Source of the DNA: an uncultured Verrucomicrobiae bacterium
GTDB lineage: Bacteria; Verrucomicrobiota; Verrucomicrobiia; Chthoniobacterales; Terrimicrobiaceae
Assembly: GCA_963706955.1 (NCBI GenBank)
Contig: CAVPOC010000003.1
Location: 480,001-544,000 of the forward strand
DNA: 64,000 bases
Reading direction: 5' to 3'
Both the position numbers and the translations under genes were made by a program. This document shows, one piece after another, positions 40,605 to 50,839 of this stretch; position 1 is the stretch's first letter, and every line of letters begins with the position of its first letter. The notes under the pieces are model-generated. The model worked only from the letters and a program-made list of their open reading frames with translations, was not told where the DNA came from and did no database searches.

Positions 40605-42122
40605 ATGCCAAAGTATGATATCTTCCTGAGCTACGCTCGCGTAGACAATACGGCTCTGGCCGAACCATATGCCGGCCAGACGGAATGGGTGCTGGCCTTT
40701 AAAGTAGCCCTCCAGCAAGCGGTAGACCTACAGTTGGGCCGCACGAATGACGCCCAATGGTTCTTCGACGCCCAAACCCTGCGCACCGCAGATCATCTAA
40801 CCAATGAGATCGCACAGGCGCTGAATGACACATTGCTCCTCGTAGCCCTCATCTCCCCGGGCTATTTCCATGAGGACTCCTGGTGCACGATCGAGCGCGA
40901 ACTCTTCTTGGAAAAGCTCGGGCCGGACGCAGTCCGGGAGGGGCGCATTTACGCCATCCTCCTCGAAGAGGACATGAGAACCACGTGGCAGGAGCATGGC
41001 TTTGCGGGGGCGCTCGACTTCCCCTTCTATGATAAGAACTCGGCTACCGGCAGGAGCATGCGCCTTGGAGCCGAAGGGAAGATATCCCCAAAGTTTATGG
41101 AGAGAATCTCCGTCCTCGCGACGGATATTGCGAGCCGGATCAGGGAACTGAGAGGGTCTCGTGTCTCGCTGGCCCAGCTAATCACTAAGTCGCACGGCTC
41201 GATCGTCGTTGCCGCGGTGCCCGGCGAGATTGAGGAACGGCGGACAGAACTCGCCAACTTCCTCACCGGCAAGGGCTGGCAAGTGCTGCCCGAGCGCAAT
41301 GAGTGTGACGCCGACCCCCAAAAGTGCGCAACCGCCACTCAGGCGGCCTGCAAGGATGCGACGGCTTTTATTCAGCTGCTTAGTCGATTCCCCTGGAAAC
41401 CGGGCGAGTTCGACCGGGTCCAGTTTCAAGCAGCTCTCGATTCCGGCATGGTTCCGTCTGAAAAGGCCGGAAAATCCGGCCGGCCTTTCTTCCGGTATCG
41501 CAGTGATGACTTTAGCTTGGCGGTGATCACCTCCAATCCCGAGCACAAGAAGTGGCTTCAGGAATACGACGTCGCTGCCCGCTCGATGCCAGCCATTAAA
41601 GAGGAAATCGGCCGATGGTTGGACAACTTTTTGGCAGAGGCGGAGCGAAGTAAGCACAAACCCTCTGCCGGTGCGAATTGTAGTGCAATTACCTTGAGTG
41701 TCTCCTCACACGAGCGCACTTCCCTGGGAAGAAAGCTCTGTGAGAGACTGCGACAGGAATCTCTCTATTCCTATCTGCCCGTCCAGGATGTCCCCGATCT
41801 AAGCCAATGCTTCGACAAGGAGCACGGTTTTGTGGCTGTTTTCGGGAACGAAATTTACACTCAGCGCGTTGAGCAGGTGCTTAAGAATTGGAGGGAATTA
41901 TGGATGGAATATGGCATTAGGCGAGGCTGCTGGCCTCCGATAGCTGTCTTCCTGAGCGATCCTCCGCCGGACAATAAGGCCGAGGCCATCAATGTCTCTC
42001 TCCCCAATATGGAGATCATCTCCTCCTGGGACGATGCGTCCTTCAACGGGTTTGTCACTGCGGTCCAGCAGTACTCCAGTCAGAGCCGCAAGACATCGCT
42101 GGAACCAGTCGCCCGAAGGTGA
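40605..42122 (+). CDS. TIR-domain protein with additional predicted TIR/flavodoxin-like domains
   Basis: YDIFLSYARVD box 1 and ISPGYF..SWCTIE with the catalytic Glu; GAGG RBS upstream. Confidence 0.85.
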   Translation: MPKYDIFLSYARVDNTALAEPYAGQTEWVLAFKVALQQAVDLQLGRTNDAQWFFDAQTLRTADHLTNEIAQALNDTLLLVALISPGYFHEDSWCTIERELFLEKLGPDAVREGRIYAILLEEDMRTTWQEHGFAGALDFPFYDKNSATGRSMRLGAEGKISPKFMERISVLATDIASRIRELRGSRVSLAQLITKSHGSIVVAAVPGEIEERRTELANFLTGKGWQVLPERNECDADPQKCATATQAACKDATAFIQLLSRFPWKPGEFDRVQFQAALDSGMVPSEKAGKSGRPFFRYRSDDFSLAVITSNPEHKKWLQEYDVAARSMPAIKEEIGRWLDNFLAEAERSKHKPSAGANCSAITLSVSSHERTSLGRKLCERLRQESLYSYLPVQDVPDLSQCFDKEHGFVAVFGNEIYTQRVEQVLKNWRELWMEYGIRRGCWPPIAVFLSDPPPDNKAEAINVSLPNMEIISSWDDASFNGFVTAVQQYSSQSRKTSLEPVARR

Positions 42123-45100
42123 AAAAGGTAAAAGCCCCTTACGTGGGCATTCGGCCATTCGAAAAGGAGGACTGGCCGATCTTCTTTGGACGGGAATCTT
42201 TGTCCAACGAACTGCTTTATAAACTGGAGACCAACCGGTTCGTCGCCGTCGTCGGCTCGAGCGGTTCGGGAAAGTCCTCCGTTGTCAAAGCCGGACTCCT
42301 CCCTCTCCTGGAGGATCATAAAGTGATGAGGCGAGCAGAAGAGTGGCTTACTCTGCTCTGCCGTCCCGGAGATGATCCCTGCGGTTCGTTAGCCCGGCGA
42401 TTGGTCGCGGCAAGCTGGCAAATAAAGGGTGCCCCTGATACGGAGCAGGCGTCCATAACTGTGGATCTAATGCGCGCCAGGCTGCGCACCAGTGATCGTG
42501 GGATTATTCCGGTTCTGGAGGACTTCGACCTGCCCACTACCACGCATATCCTCATCGTTGTCGACCAGTTCGAGGAGTTGTTTGGATTCAGGGAAGCCGG
42601 CGCGAGCGACCCGAGTGCTCAAGAGGAAGCTGAACGCTTCGTCACCTGTCTGCTCGACTCGTGCAAGGAGCCAATCCAGCCGATCTCCTCAAAATTGCCT
42701 GCTAGTCTGGCACAGCGCATCTGGGTGGTCCTAACGATGCGGTCGGATTTCATCGGCAATTGCGAGATCTTCCCTGCACTTTCAAAAAAAGTGAGCGAGA
42801 GTCAGTTCCTCGTTCCTATCCTCGATCCCGAGCAGAAGAGGAAGGCCATCATTCGTCCCTCGCTTGCTAGCGAGATAGAGGCAGCCGACTACAGTCCTTT
42901 TAGCTTCGAGGATGGTTTGGTCTCCATTATTGTTAACGAATCGGGCACCCGCATCGATCAGTTGCCCCTCATGCAGCATGCTCTCATGCGCACTTGGACA
43001 AGCGCCGTCCGACGTCCCACTGAGGCGAACGTTCAAGCAATTAACCTGACCGAAAACGACTATGACTCGATCGGTCGCATCGATAAGGCACTCTCTCAAC
43101 ATGCGGAGGCTGCCTTCGCTGAGCTCACCACTGATGACACCGGCGGACGCAACGCCGCTATCGCTCGCCGACTCTTCCTTCTGCTGTGTGATGTCTCCCA
43201 GGAGGGAAAGATCACCCGCCGTCGACCGACAGTCGGTGAAGTGATGGAGGTTGCCCAAGCTTCTCTTGAGGAGGTCAAGAGCGTCGTGGAAGCATTCCAG
43301 AGAGACCACCGCAATTTCATCATTACACGACCCCCCGGTGAAGAGTTCAGCGCGAGCACCCGGCTCGATGTCAGCCATGAGGCTCTCCTTCGCCAATGGA
43401 GCATGCTCAACTCAAGCGAGGGTTCCCTCGAATCTCCCCCAGCGCTCGAAGGAAATGGTGGGAAGTCGCAGCTCAACAGACTCTGGGACTCCATCAAGAA
43501 GTGGCTTCTCATCCAGACTGGCCACCAACGAACTCCCGACCACCAGAGGGTTCCGCGCGGTTGGCTGTCGGAGGAAAGGGACGCCGCCACCGAGCTTCTT
43601 CACTTACGGCAAGACTGCGAACTCCATGCGCAGGGGCGTGGCGACCTTCTCGACATGATTGCTCTGTCTCGGGTGGAAGAGTGGCGAAAATCCACCCAAC
43701 CTTCGGAGCCTTGGGCTCAACGATATCTCGAGGGCAACGGAACATGGGAAGACATCGAAGAATTCATATCCCAAAGCAATGCCGATGTTACCATGGCGCG
43801 ACGTGTTGCTTGGGGAAGTCTAATGCTTATCACGTTAACCTTAGTCACCGTTACAGTGATCGCGATTTCTTCGGCCGCGGCGTCTAGAGCACATGCGCAA
43901 AAGATAAGCGAATTGCGAAAACCGTGGGATCAGCTGCGCGACAAGCAACTCGCAGAAGCCGACATCAAACTCCGAAATAGTGCGACCGGGAAAGTGGATG
44001 CGATGCGTCATTTTATAAACGCCTTGCGAGCCGATCCAAGGTCCGTCGAGACCGCTCGCTTCATATGCAGGTCGTTGGCGCAAGATTCTTGGCTTCGTCC
44101 GCTCACCCCAAGTATTATGGCCCCGGCCGAGACGTCGCTGCTTTGTGCCAGCATTGGGCCGAACAGGAGGATTTATGCTGTAAGCCGCAACGGCTACTTG
44201 CTGGCTCAAAAGGGGAACCAAGCCGCCTTCGAGCAAATACAAGCTCTGATGCCTTCGCTAGTTGTAGAGGCTAAAGGTGCATCGTCGAACGATAGGGTGA
44301 CGCCAGATCCTCGTCCCGGAAAGTTGGTTCGCGTATCCACGGCAAACAACACCAAGCCACCGTCCTCGGATAGCCCAAGCAGCTCCGAAACCGTTGGAAG
44401 CGCGCCCACCGTTGCCCTGCAAGCCGCAGCGTTTTCGAATGACGGAACACGTGTTGCGATTGTCCACGCCGCTTCTAACGAGCAAGACAAAGGCCCCATA
44501 CTGGCAGTATGGAAATGGTCTCAGACAAACTACGTTCGGGTGGCCGTGAGCAATGTCCCCAACTGGTCATCCTTTCGAGTGACGTGGTCGCCAGATGGGC
44601 AAGGATTTATACTCAGTCGATGGGATAGCCCCAGGTGCATCTTATATCGACTTGAAGGGCAGAACTACGATTGTCAGCTCAGACGCAAAGACTTCCCTCC
44701 GGTCTCCATCCAGGCCACGGCTTTCAGTCCTGATGGAAAATTGATAGCCGCCGTCGTTGCTGATCATTCGAGCGAAATTGCAATGTTCGACGCCTACACG
44801 GGTGAGTTTCTTGCCCAAAGGACAATACGCTTAGCAAAGCCGCTGTCTGCAAAGGTCAACCAAATCTTGTTCGGTCCCGGTCTGAACGAGCTCACCTTTG
44901 CGGCGGACTCGTCGGCCGAGATTGTTAACTTAGAGACCGGCAGGATATCACGAGCCGTCCGCACGGGGACTGATGACCGAATAACGCGAATGGCCATGTC
45001 TTCACCGACGCTCGAACAGGGACAGGCGGATTGCGCTCATTGCCGGAGGTCGTATCCATGCCTACTCCGTGGCGGACCTCGACCAGCGCATTGGAGAGCC

Positions 45101-45458
45101 AATTAAGCTAAAAGGACCTATCGGATTCGGATCGTTTGAGACCGACGGCGAACGCCTGCTTACCTGGTCCGGGGTGTGGGGCTCATTCAACGCGGTCCGA
45201 TTGTGGTCCGTTGAGCCTGTTCAAGCGATCGATTGGAAAGATGAGAACCTTGACGATCCAGATAAAGTCCTCCGTTGGTTGCCCGATCTCGCCGAAGCGG
45301 TGACTGGACATGGCGAAAGCTCCGACGAGGATGCCGACCTCTTCCCAGACGTGCCTACATTAGAACACTTTGCGGCAAAGTATCCGGACGAACCTCTTCC
45401 ATCCCAATACAAACAGCTCTGGGCCCGATTTCTGGAACCAATAGGACGTCCAAAATGA
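42119..45458 (+). CDS. nSTAND1-type NTPase + transmembrane helix + WD40-like beta-propeller; frameshift near 45015
   Basis: APYVGIRPF, Walker A GSSGSGKSS, Walker B IVVDQFEELF, LTMRSDF, LPLMQHAL and SHEALLRQW; TM VAWGSLMLITLTLVTVTVIAI; AFSNDG/WSPDG/AFSPDG repeats. The C-terminus continues in the frame of ORF 45069-45458. Confidence 0.88.
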
Positions 45459-45513
45459 GAAATGTTTCCATGCCCGCCAAATACGACCTGAACACCTAAG
45501 TCACACTGATCCC

Positions 45514-46041
45514 ATGCCCGCCCCATCACACCGTCCCGGACTCGGCGCGAACGCTTACGATGGCGGAGTCAGCTTCCGCTTCTGGGTTCCCTTCGCGAAT
45601 AGGGTCGAAATTATCGGAATTGGAACCTGGACGCCGCCTGGAATCGCCCTTGCCTCCGAAGGTAACGGCTACTGGTCCGCCGACATCAACGGAATCACGA
45701 TGGGGCAGAAATGCAAGGTGCTCGTCAACGGTCTCTGGCGCATGGATCCGCGCGCTCGTGACGTTACGAGTTCAACCGGGAACTGCATTGTAGATAACAC
45801 CTCCTTCGCTTGGAAACATGATTTCGGGATGCCCGGCTGGAACCGGGCCTACCCAGAATACCGCGTCGGGTTTCCTCGCGCCGGACAGTGGTGGGTTCGC
45901 TTCAACAGCGACTGGAATGGCTACAGCCCAGACTTCGGAAATTTCCACAGCTACGACACGACGGCAGACGGAAGCGCTCTGCAGATGCCTTTCCGGCAAC
46001 ATTGGCCTCGGTCCTACACTGCTGTCATTCTCTCTCAATAG
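45514..46041 (+). CDS. Internally deleted GH13 branching-enzyme-like protein (CBM48-like N-domain + amylase C-domain only)
   Basis: LGA...GVSFRFWVPFA...EGNGYWS...DPRAR...MPGWN fused in frame to RAYPEYRVGFPRAGQWWVRFNSD; no catalytic barrel. Confidence 0.7.
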   Translation: MPAPSHRPGLGANAYDGGVSFRFWVPFANRVEIIGIGTWTPPGIALASEGNGYWSADINGITMGQKCKVLVNGLWRMDPRARDVTSSTGNCIVDNTSFAWKHDFGMPGWNRAYPEYRVGFPRAGQWWVRFNSDWNGYSPDFGNFHSYDTTADGSALQMPFRQHWPRSYTAVILSQ

Positions 46042-46083
46042 CTTTAGCCGCAGAGTGCAGCGTCTGAGATCGCCTTCGCAGGA

Positions 46084-48144
46084 ATGAGCGCGAAACCGTC
46101 CAACTTACAGATGAAAAGGCAACCGCTCCTTGTGCACCTGCTGTTTCATCCCGGCTCGGCTTCTTCCCGGGAACTCGCCTCTCAAGTGCATCGCCAACTT
46201 AACGGTGATCTGATTATGCCGGGTCTCCGAGTGCCGACCGTTTTTTGTCCGCACGGAGAGGATAGTGGCCCACCGACCGGTCTTCGACTTGACTTTGCGG
46301 AACGCAATTTCCTCGTCGTGCTGGCGGATGATCGCTTGAGCATCGACGACGCATGGTGCGGGTTCGTGGCAGAGACATGGATGAACGCGCAACCTCCCGG
46401 CGCGCGTTTTGTCCCCATCCAGCTTTCCGAATCCGCGTGGCCGCTTGATCCGCGACTGCAGGGACTTGCCTTTGCCAAAGCCTTTCTGCAACCCGCCGGC
46501 GACGCTCGTCGCGCCTTCGTCGTCCGACGGATTGTTGTCGAGCTTTGCCGTTATTTGGCCAACTTGGAGCCGGTTGCAGAAAGCCAGTTTGAAGCACCGA
46601 TTACGGTCTTTGTCAGTCACGCGAAAGCCGACATCGAAAAGGAGCCGAAAGTAACTGCGCGCCTCATTGAAGCTTTGCAGCAGGATCAGCCCATCGAAGC
46701 GTGGGTCGATTCGGGGGATATCGCAGCGGGCTCGAAATTTGCCGACGCCATCGAAGGTGGAGTCAGGCGGACTTCGTTACTTGCCGTTCTAACGGATACC
46801 TACGCAACGCGCGAATGGTGTCGCGAAGAAATTCTCCTCGCCAAGGAGTATCAGCGCCCGGTGGTGGTGATCGACGCCCTTTCCAGCCACGAAGTTCGCA
46901 GCTTTCCGTATCTGGGCAACGTCCCGCGCCTTCGCTGGGCTGGAGATCCCCAAAAGGGAATTGATTTGCTGCTCAAGGAAACATTGCGCCACTTGCATGC
47001 GACTTCTCTGCTCGCGCAATGCAAGCAGCCGGACGACAACATCTTCACACGACCCCCTGAATTGGCAACTGTGGTGGGACTCGATCCGAAGGTCACCGTG
47101 CTTTATCCCGACCCACCGGTGGGCGTAGGCGAAGCGAGACGATTGGCGAAAGCGAAAATACCTGTGGTCACCCCCTTTCAACGCCTCGCTGCCGAGCAGT
47201 CCCTCAAAGGCCAGCCGATCGCACTTTCAATGTCCGAAAGCACGGACATCGCCCGTTATGGTTTCGATGCTCTCCACATCGAAGGGTGCATGCTCGATCT
47301 CTCGCGCTATCTGCTCATCAAAGGGGCGACCCTTGCCTACGGCGGAAACTTGGGCGCGGAAAGTTACACCCAAAAACTCTTCGAATTGGTTCGCACCCAT
47401 AACGGGCTCGAGGATGTTCGGCCGTTCGAACGGATCGTTAACCACCGTGGATGGCCGCTGCCACGCCTTCGCGTGGAAGACTTGGCTAAGCTCAACCAGG
47501 TTTCTAAAACAGTTCACCTGCCGCGCCCCTCCGATCTCGATGAAACCTTGCATCCAGACTTCGTCAGCGAGCCCACCTACTTTCCTTTCGACGAGTCTCC
47601 CGAACACCGCTTTGCCTGGGCGCGCGGGATGACCGAGATGCGCGCATTCCAATCTGACCGCCCTCGCAGCGGCATCGTCGCGCGGATCGTCCTCGGCGGG
47701 ACATATGGTCCTACCACGAAGGTTTCCGAGGATGGCACTCGCAAAGAGCAGCAGTGGTGTGCGAGCCGCATACCCGGAGTGCTCGAAGAAATCTTCCTTT
47801 CGGTGCTGAGGGAGCAGCCAGTTTTCCTCATCGGAGCGTTTGGCGGCGTCGCCCGAATGACCATTGATTTGATCAGAGGCAAGGATCGACTCGAAGCATC
47901 GTGGGACTACCAAAAACGCGCACCATTTTCAGCCGAGATGAAAGCACTTTACAACCAGCGCGGGGTGGAGTGGATGGACTATTCGGAAATCATTTCTTTC
48001 CTCCGTCAAAAAGGAATGGCTGGAATCAATCCGCTTCTTAGCCAAGAAGAGCAAGAGGAGCTCTTTGAGACAGTCGATCAGGGCCGAATCATCCAACTTG
48101 TCCTCCTCGGATTGGGGCGAGTGTCAGTAAGAGTTGAACGTTGA
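46084..48144 (+). CDS. TIR-domain protein with C-terminal SLOG domain (divergent N-terminal TIR-like + active-looking TIR + SLOG)
   Basis: TIR motifs VFVSHAKAD, WVDSGDI and YATREWCREE. SLOG-like motifs IALSMSES, GATLAYGG, TEMR, ARIVLGG, PGVLEE and PVFLIGAFGG. Confidence 0.82.
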   Translation: MSAKPSNLQMKRQPLLVHLLFHPGSASSRELASQVHRQLNGDLIMPGLRVPTVFCPHGEDSGPPTGLRLDFAERNFLVVLADDRLSIDDAWCGFVAETWMNAQPPGARFVPIQLSESAWPLDPRLQGLAFAKAFLQPAGDARRAFVVRRIVVELCRYLANLEPVAESQFEAPITVFVSHAKADIEKEPKVTARLIEALQQDQPIEAWVDSGDIAAGSKFADAIEGGVRRTSLLAVLTDTYATREWCREEILLAKEYQRPVVVIDALSSHEVRSFPYLGNVPRLRWAGDPQKGIDLLLKETLRHLHATSLLAQCKQPDDNIFTRPPELATVVGLDPKVTVLYPDPPVGVGEARRLAKAKIPVVTPFQRLAAEQSLKGQPIALSMSESTDIARYGFDALHIEGCMLDLSRYLLIKGATLAYGGNLGAESYTQKLFELVRTHNGLEDVRPFERIVNHRGWPLPRLRVEDLAKLNQVSKTVHLPRPSDLDETLHPDFVSEPTYFPFDESPEHRFAWARGMTEMRAFQSDRPRSGIVARIVLGGTYGPTTKVSEDGTRKEQQWCASRIPGVLEEIFLSVLREQPVFLIGAFGGVARMTIDLIRGKDRLEASWDYQKRAPFSAEMKALYNQRGVEWMDYSEIISFLRQKGMAGINPLLSQEEQEELFETVDQGRIIQLVLLGLGRVSVRVER

Positions 48145-48602
48145 GAGTTCTTGGAGCAAGCCCCAGCTTGCAGACAAGGCTCTTACATCAGGATCGCCCG
48201 ACGACAATTGTGGCGGCGATGTTCTCATCGCCGAAGTTCAAGTTAGTCTCCTACAGAAGAGGCGTTGGCGACCTCTGTTTATTACTTTCATGGTTGGAGG
48301 CTTCGACGACACTCGTAGCTGGGACTCGCAGGATATTTGAGGGGCATTCACACTAGAAAAAGGCCTTCAATTCCATGCGAGCATAACCGCGACTTCCGAG
48401 TGCGCCTGTGCTCGATCGTCGAACTTAGACACCTGGCGCTGCCGCGACTCGCGGTGGCGCTTTTCCATTATGGTAGCGCCAACTTTGCAGCATGACCGAA
48501 AGCAATCGCAGGGACTATGTGATGTGCATCGTAAGGGCTCGGTTTGAGAGCAGCGTTCGAGAACTGCACCCAAGTCGCCTTTTCGTCAAACTAATGCCTT
48601 GC

Positions 48603-48627
48603 TGTAGCGGCGGTGTCCCCACCGTCG
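48603..48627. repeat. Single GTAG-type REP, family B
   Basis: tgtagcggcggtgtccccaccgtcg. Confidence 0.7.
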
Positions 48628-48864
48628 CTTGGGGCTTTTAGTAAAAGCGGATCGACCTGAAGGGCCCATGTCAGCGCGCGGTGCTAATGGTTGCGCGTCG
48701 ATAGTTGAAGGCCGGATCATCCCTGACTGCATTAGGCCCTACCGCTACCGAAAACCCACGTTCAGCAGCTCGAGATTCAACGAATTTGATCGAATATCAA
48801 GTCCGTGCAAATCTGCGAAATCTGTGGACCCCTTCAGCGGTTCGATACCCGGATCGCGTTTTGG

Positions 48865-49158
48865 TCAAACCCAGCGGAAGACGGCCAGAGCGAAAACGAG
48901 CGCGAGGACAAGTCCTCCCCACAGGGGAGTGCCAATAATTCCGAGCCAAGCCAGCAGTATGAAAGCGCTACCGAGCAGCGAAATGAAGAGCCGGTCGCCA
49001 CGCGTCGTATCCAAGCCCAGAACACCGTGCCGTGGATTCCCGCCTGGCGAATACCATTCCCATATCGACATGGCGACCAGGGCCAGCGATATGAAAACAA
49101 AGAACGCCGCCGTTGGCCACGTCCATGCCATCCATGAGAGACCAGTTGTGCCGTCCAC
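48865..49158 (-). CDS. Small integral membrane protein (DUF2160/GlpU-like)
   Basis: WMAWTWPT and TTRGDRLFISLL motifs; last gene of the ABC operon. Confidence 0.85.
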   Translation of the reverse strand: MDGTTGLSWMAWTWPTAAFFVFISLALVAMSIWEWYSPGGNPRHGVLGLDTTRGDRLFISLLGSAFILLAWLGIIGTPLWGGLVLALVFALAVFRWV

Positions 49159-49170
49159 GTGTCCTCCTCT

Positions 49171-49968
49171 CTAGACGCGCCCGAGCGCGAATCCTTTCGC
49201 AATGTAGTTGCGCACGAAATAGATGACGAACGCTCCCGGCACGATGGTCAGGACACCGGCAGCAGCAAGCAGCCCGAGCTCGTAGCCCGACGTGCTCGCC
49301 GTTCGCGTCATTGTTGCCGCGATCGGCTTGGCCTCCACCGAGGTCAACGTCTTGGCGAGAAGCAGTTCTACCCAGGAGAACATGAAACAGAAAAAACAGG
49401 CGACACCGATTCCGGCAGCGATTGTCGGAATGAAGATTTTCACGAAAAATCGCCAGAAGGAGTAACCGTCGACATAGGCGGTTTCATCCAGTTCCTTCGG
49501 CACCCCCGACATGAAGCCCTCCAGAATCCAGACCGCTAAGGGAATGTTGAACAACGTATGGGCGAGCGCGACAGCGATGTGCGTGTCGAACAACCCTACG
49601 GCGGAATAGAGCTGAAGGAATGGCAGCGCGAAAACCGCGGGCGGGGCCATTCGGTTGGACAAAAGCCAGAAGAACAGATGCTTGTCGCCGAGGAAACGGT
49701 AGCGTGAAAATGCATAGGCGGCCGGCAGTGCAACCGAAACCGAAAGCGCCGTATTGATCAGCACATAAATAAGCGAATTGATGTAACCCCAATACCATGT
49801 CGGGTCGGTGAAAATTTTGGCGTAATTGTCGAAGGTGAAGTTCCGCGGCCACAAGGTAAACTGCCCGAGAATCTCGTTGGTCGTCTTGAACGACATGTTC
49901 AAGAGCCAATAGATCGGCAGCATAAGGAACAGGATGTAGACCAACGGCACTAAGTAGCGTAGCCGCAT
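49171..49968 (-). CDS. Carbohydrate (glycerol-type) ABC permease, GlpQ-like
   Basis: EAA-like loop ELDETAYVDG and several TM helices. Confidence 0.92.
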   Translation of the reverse strand: MRLRYLVPLVYILFLMLPIYWLLNMSFKTTNEILGQFTLWPRNFTFDNYAKIFTDPTWYWGYINSLIYVLINTALSVSVALPAAYAFSRYRFLGDKHLFFWLLSNRMAPPAVFALPFLQLYSAVGLFDTHIAVALAHTLFNIPLAVWILEGFMSGVPKELDETAYVDGYSFWRFFVKIFIPTIAAGIGVACFFCFMFSWVELLLAKTLTSVEAKPIAATMTRTASTSGYELGLLAAAGVLTIVPGAFVIYFVRNYIAKGFALGRV

Positions 49969-50832
49969 TTATCTCTCCTCCTTTCGCATCATGAGCGTGT
50001 AGAAGAGCCAGCTGAAGAACATTATAACCAGAAAATAGATCAGCGACATCGCGGCTGCGGGGCCGAGATCAAACTGCCCGAGCGCCATCTTCACGAGATC
50101 GATCGACAGGAATGTTGTTGCATTCCCCGGCCCTCCGCCGGTCAGGACGACGACTTCAGTATAGATCATGAACGAATCCATGAAGCGTAGAAGAACTGCA
50201 ATCGTCAGCACGTGCTTGAGCTTGGGCAGCTGGATATGACGAAAGACCGCCCACCGGCCCGCACCATCGATCTTTGCAGCCTGGTAATAAGCGTCCGGAA
50301 TAGCGACCAAACCTGCATAGCAGAGGAGGGTGACCAGCGACGTCCAGTGCCACACATCCATGAGCACGACAGTGAACCAGGCGCCGAGTGGCTGTCGTGT
50401 GTAGTTGTAATGGAAGCCGAGCGAATTAATCAGCTTGCCGAGAAAGCCGATGTCTGGGAGGGCGAAGATGTTCCACATGGCGCCAACCACGTTCCACGGG
50501 ATAAGCAACGGCAGCGCCATGAAAACGAGGCAGACCGATACCCACGGCCCCCGCCGCGGCATTGCCAGCGCGATGGCGAGTCCCAGGGGAATCTGGATCG
50601 CCAGGACTATTCCGGTGAACAAGAGCTGCCTGAGCAGGGCAGCGTGGAAGCGGTCGGAATGCAGCACCTGTTCGAACCACCGCATGCCCGCCCAAAAGAA
50701 CACATTGTCGCCGAAACTTTCCTGAACTGAAAAATTGACGACCGTCATCAGTGGAATGATGGCGTTGAAGGCCACCAATACCACGACCGGCAGCACGAAT
50801 ACCCAGGCTTTATGATTGAGGGTCTTGTTCAC
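49969..50832 (-). CDS. Carbohydrate (glycerol-type) ABC permease, GlpP-like
   Basis: YYQAAKIDGA loop; hydrophobic protein. Confidence 0.92.
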   Translation of the reverse strand: MNKTLNHKAWVFVLPVVVLVAFNAIIPLMTVVNFSVQESFGDNVFFWAGMRWFEQVLHSDRFHAALLRQLLFTGIVLAIQIPLGLAIALAMPRRGPWVSVCLVFMALPLLIPWNVVGAMWNIFALPDIGFLGKLINSLGFHYNYTRQPLGAWFTVVLMDVWHWTSLVTLLCYAGLVAIPDAYYQAAKIDGAGRWAVFRHIQLPKLKHVLTIAVLLRFMDSFMIYTEVVVLTGGGPGNATTFLSIDLVKMALGQFDLGPAAAMSLIYFLVIMFFSWLFYTLMMRKEER

Positions 50833-50839
50833 TCCGTTC

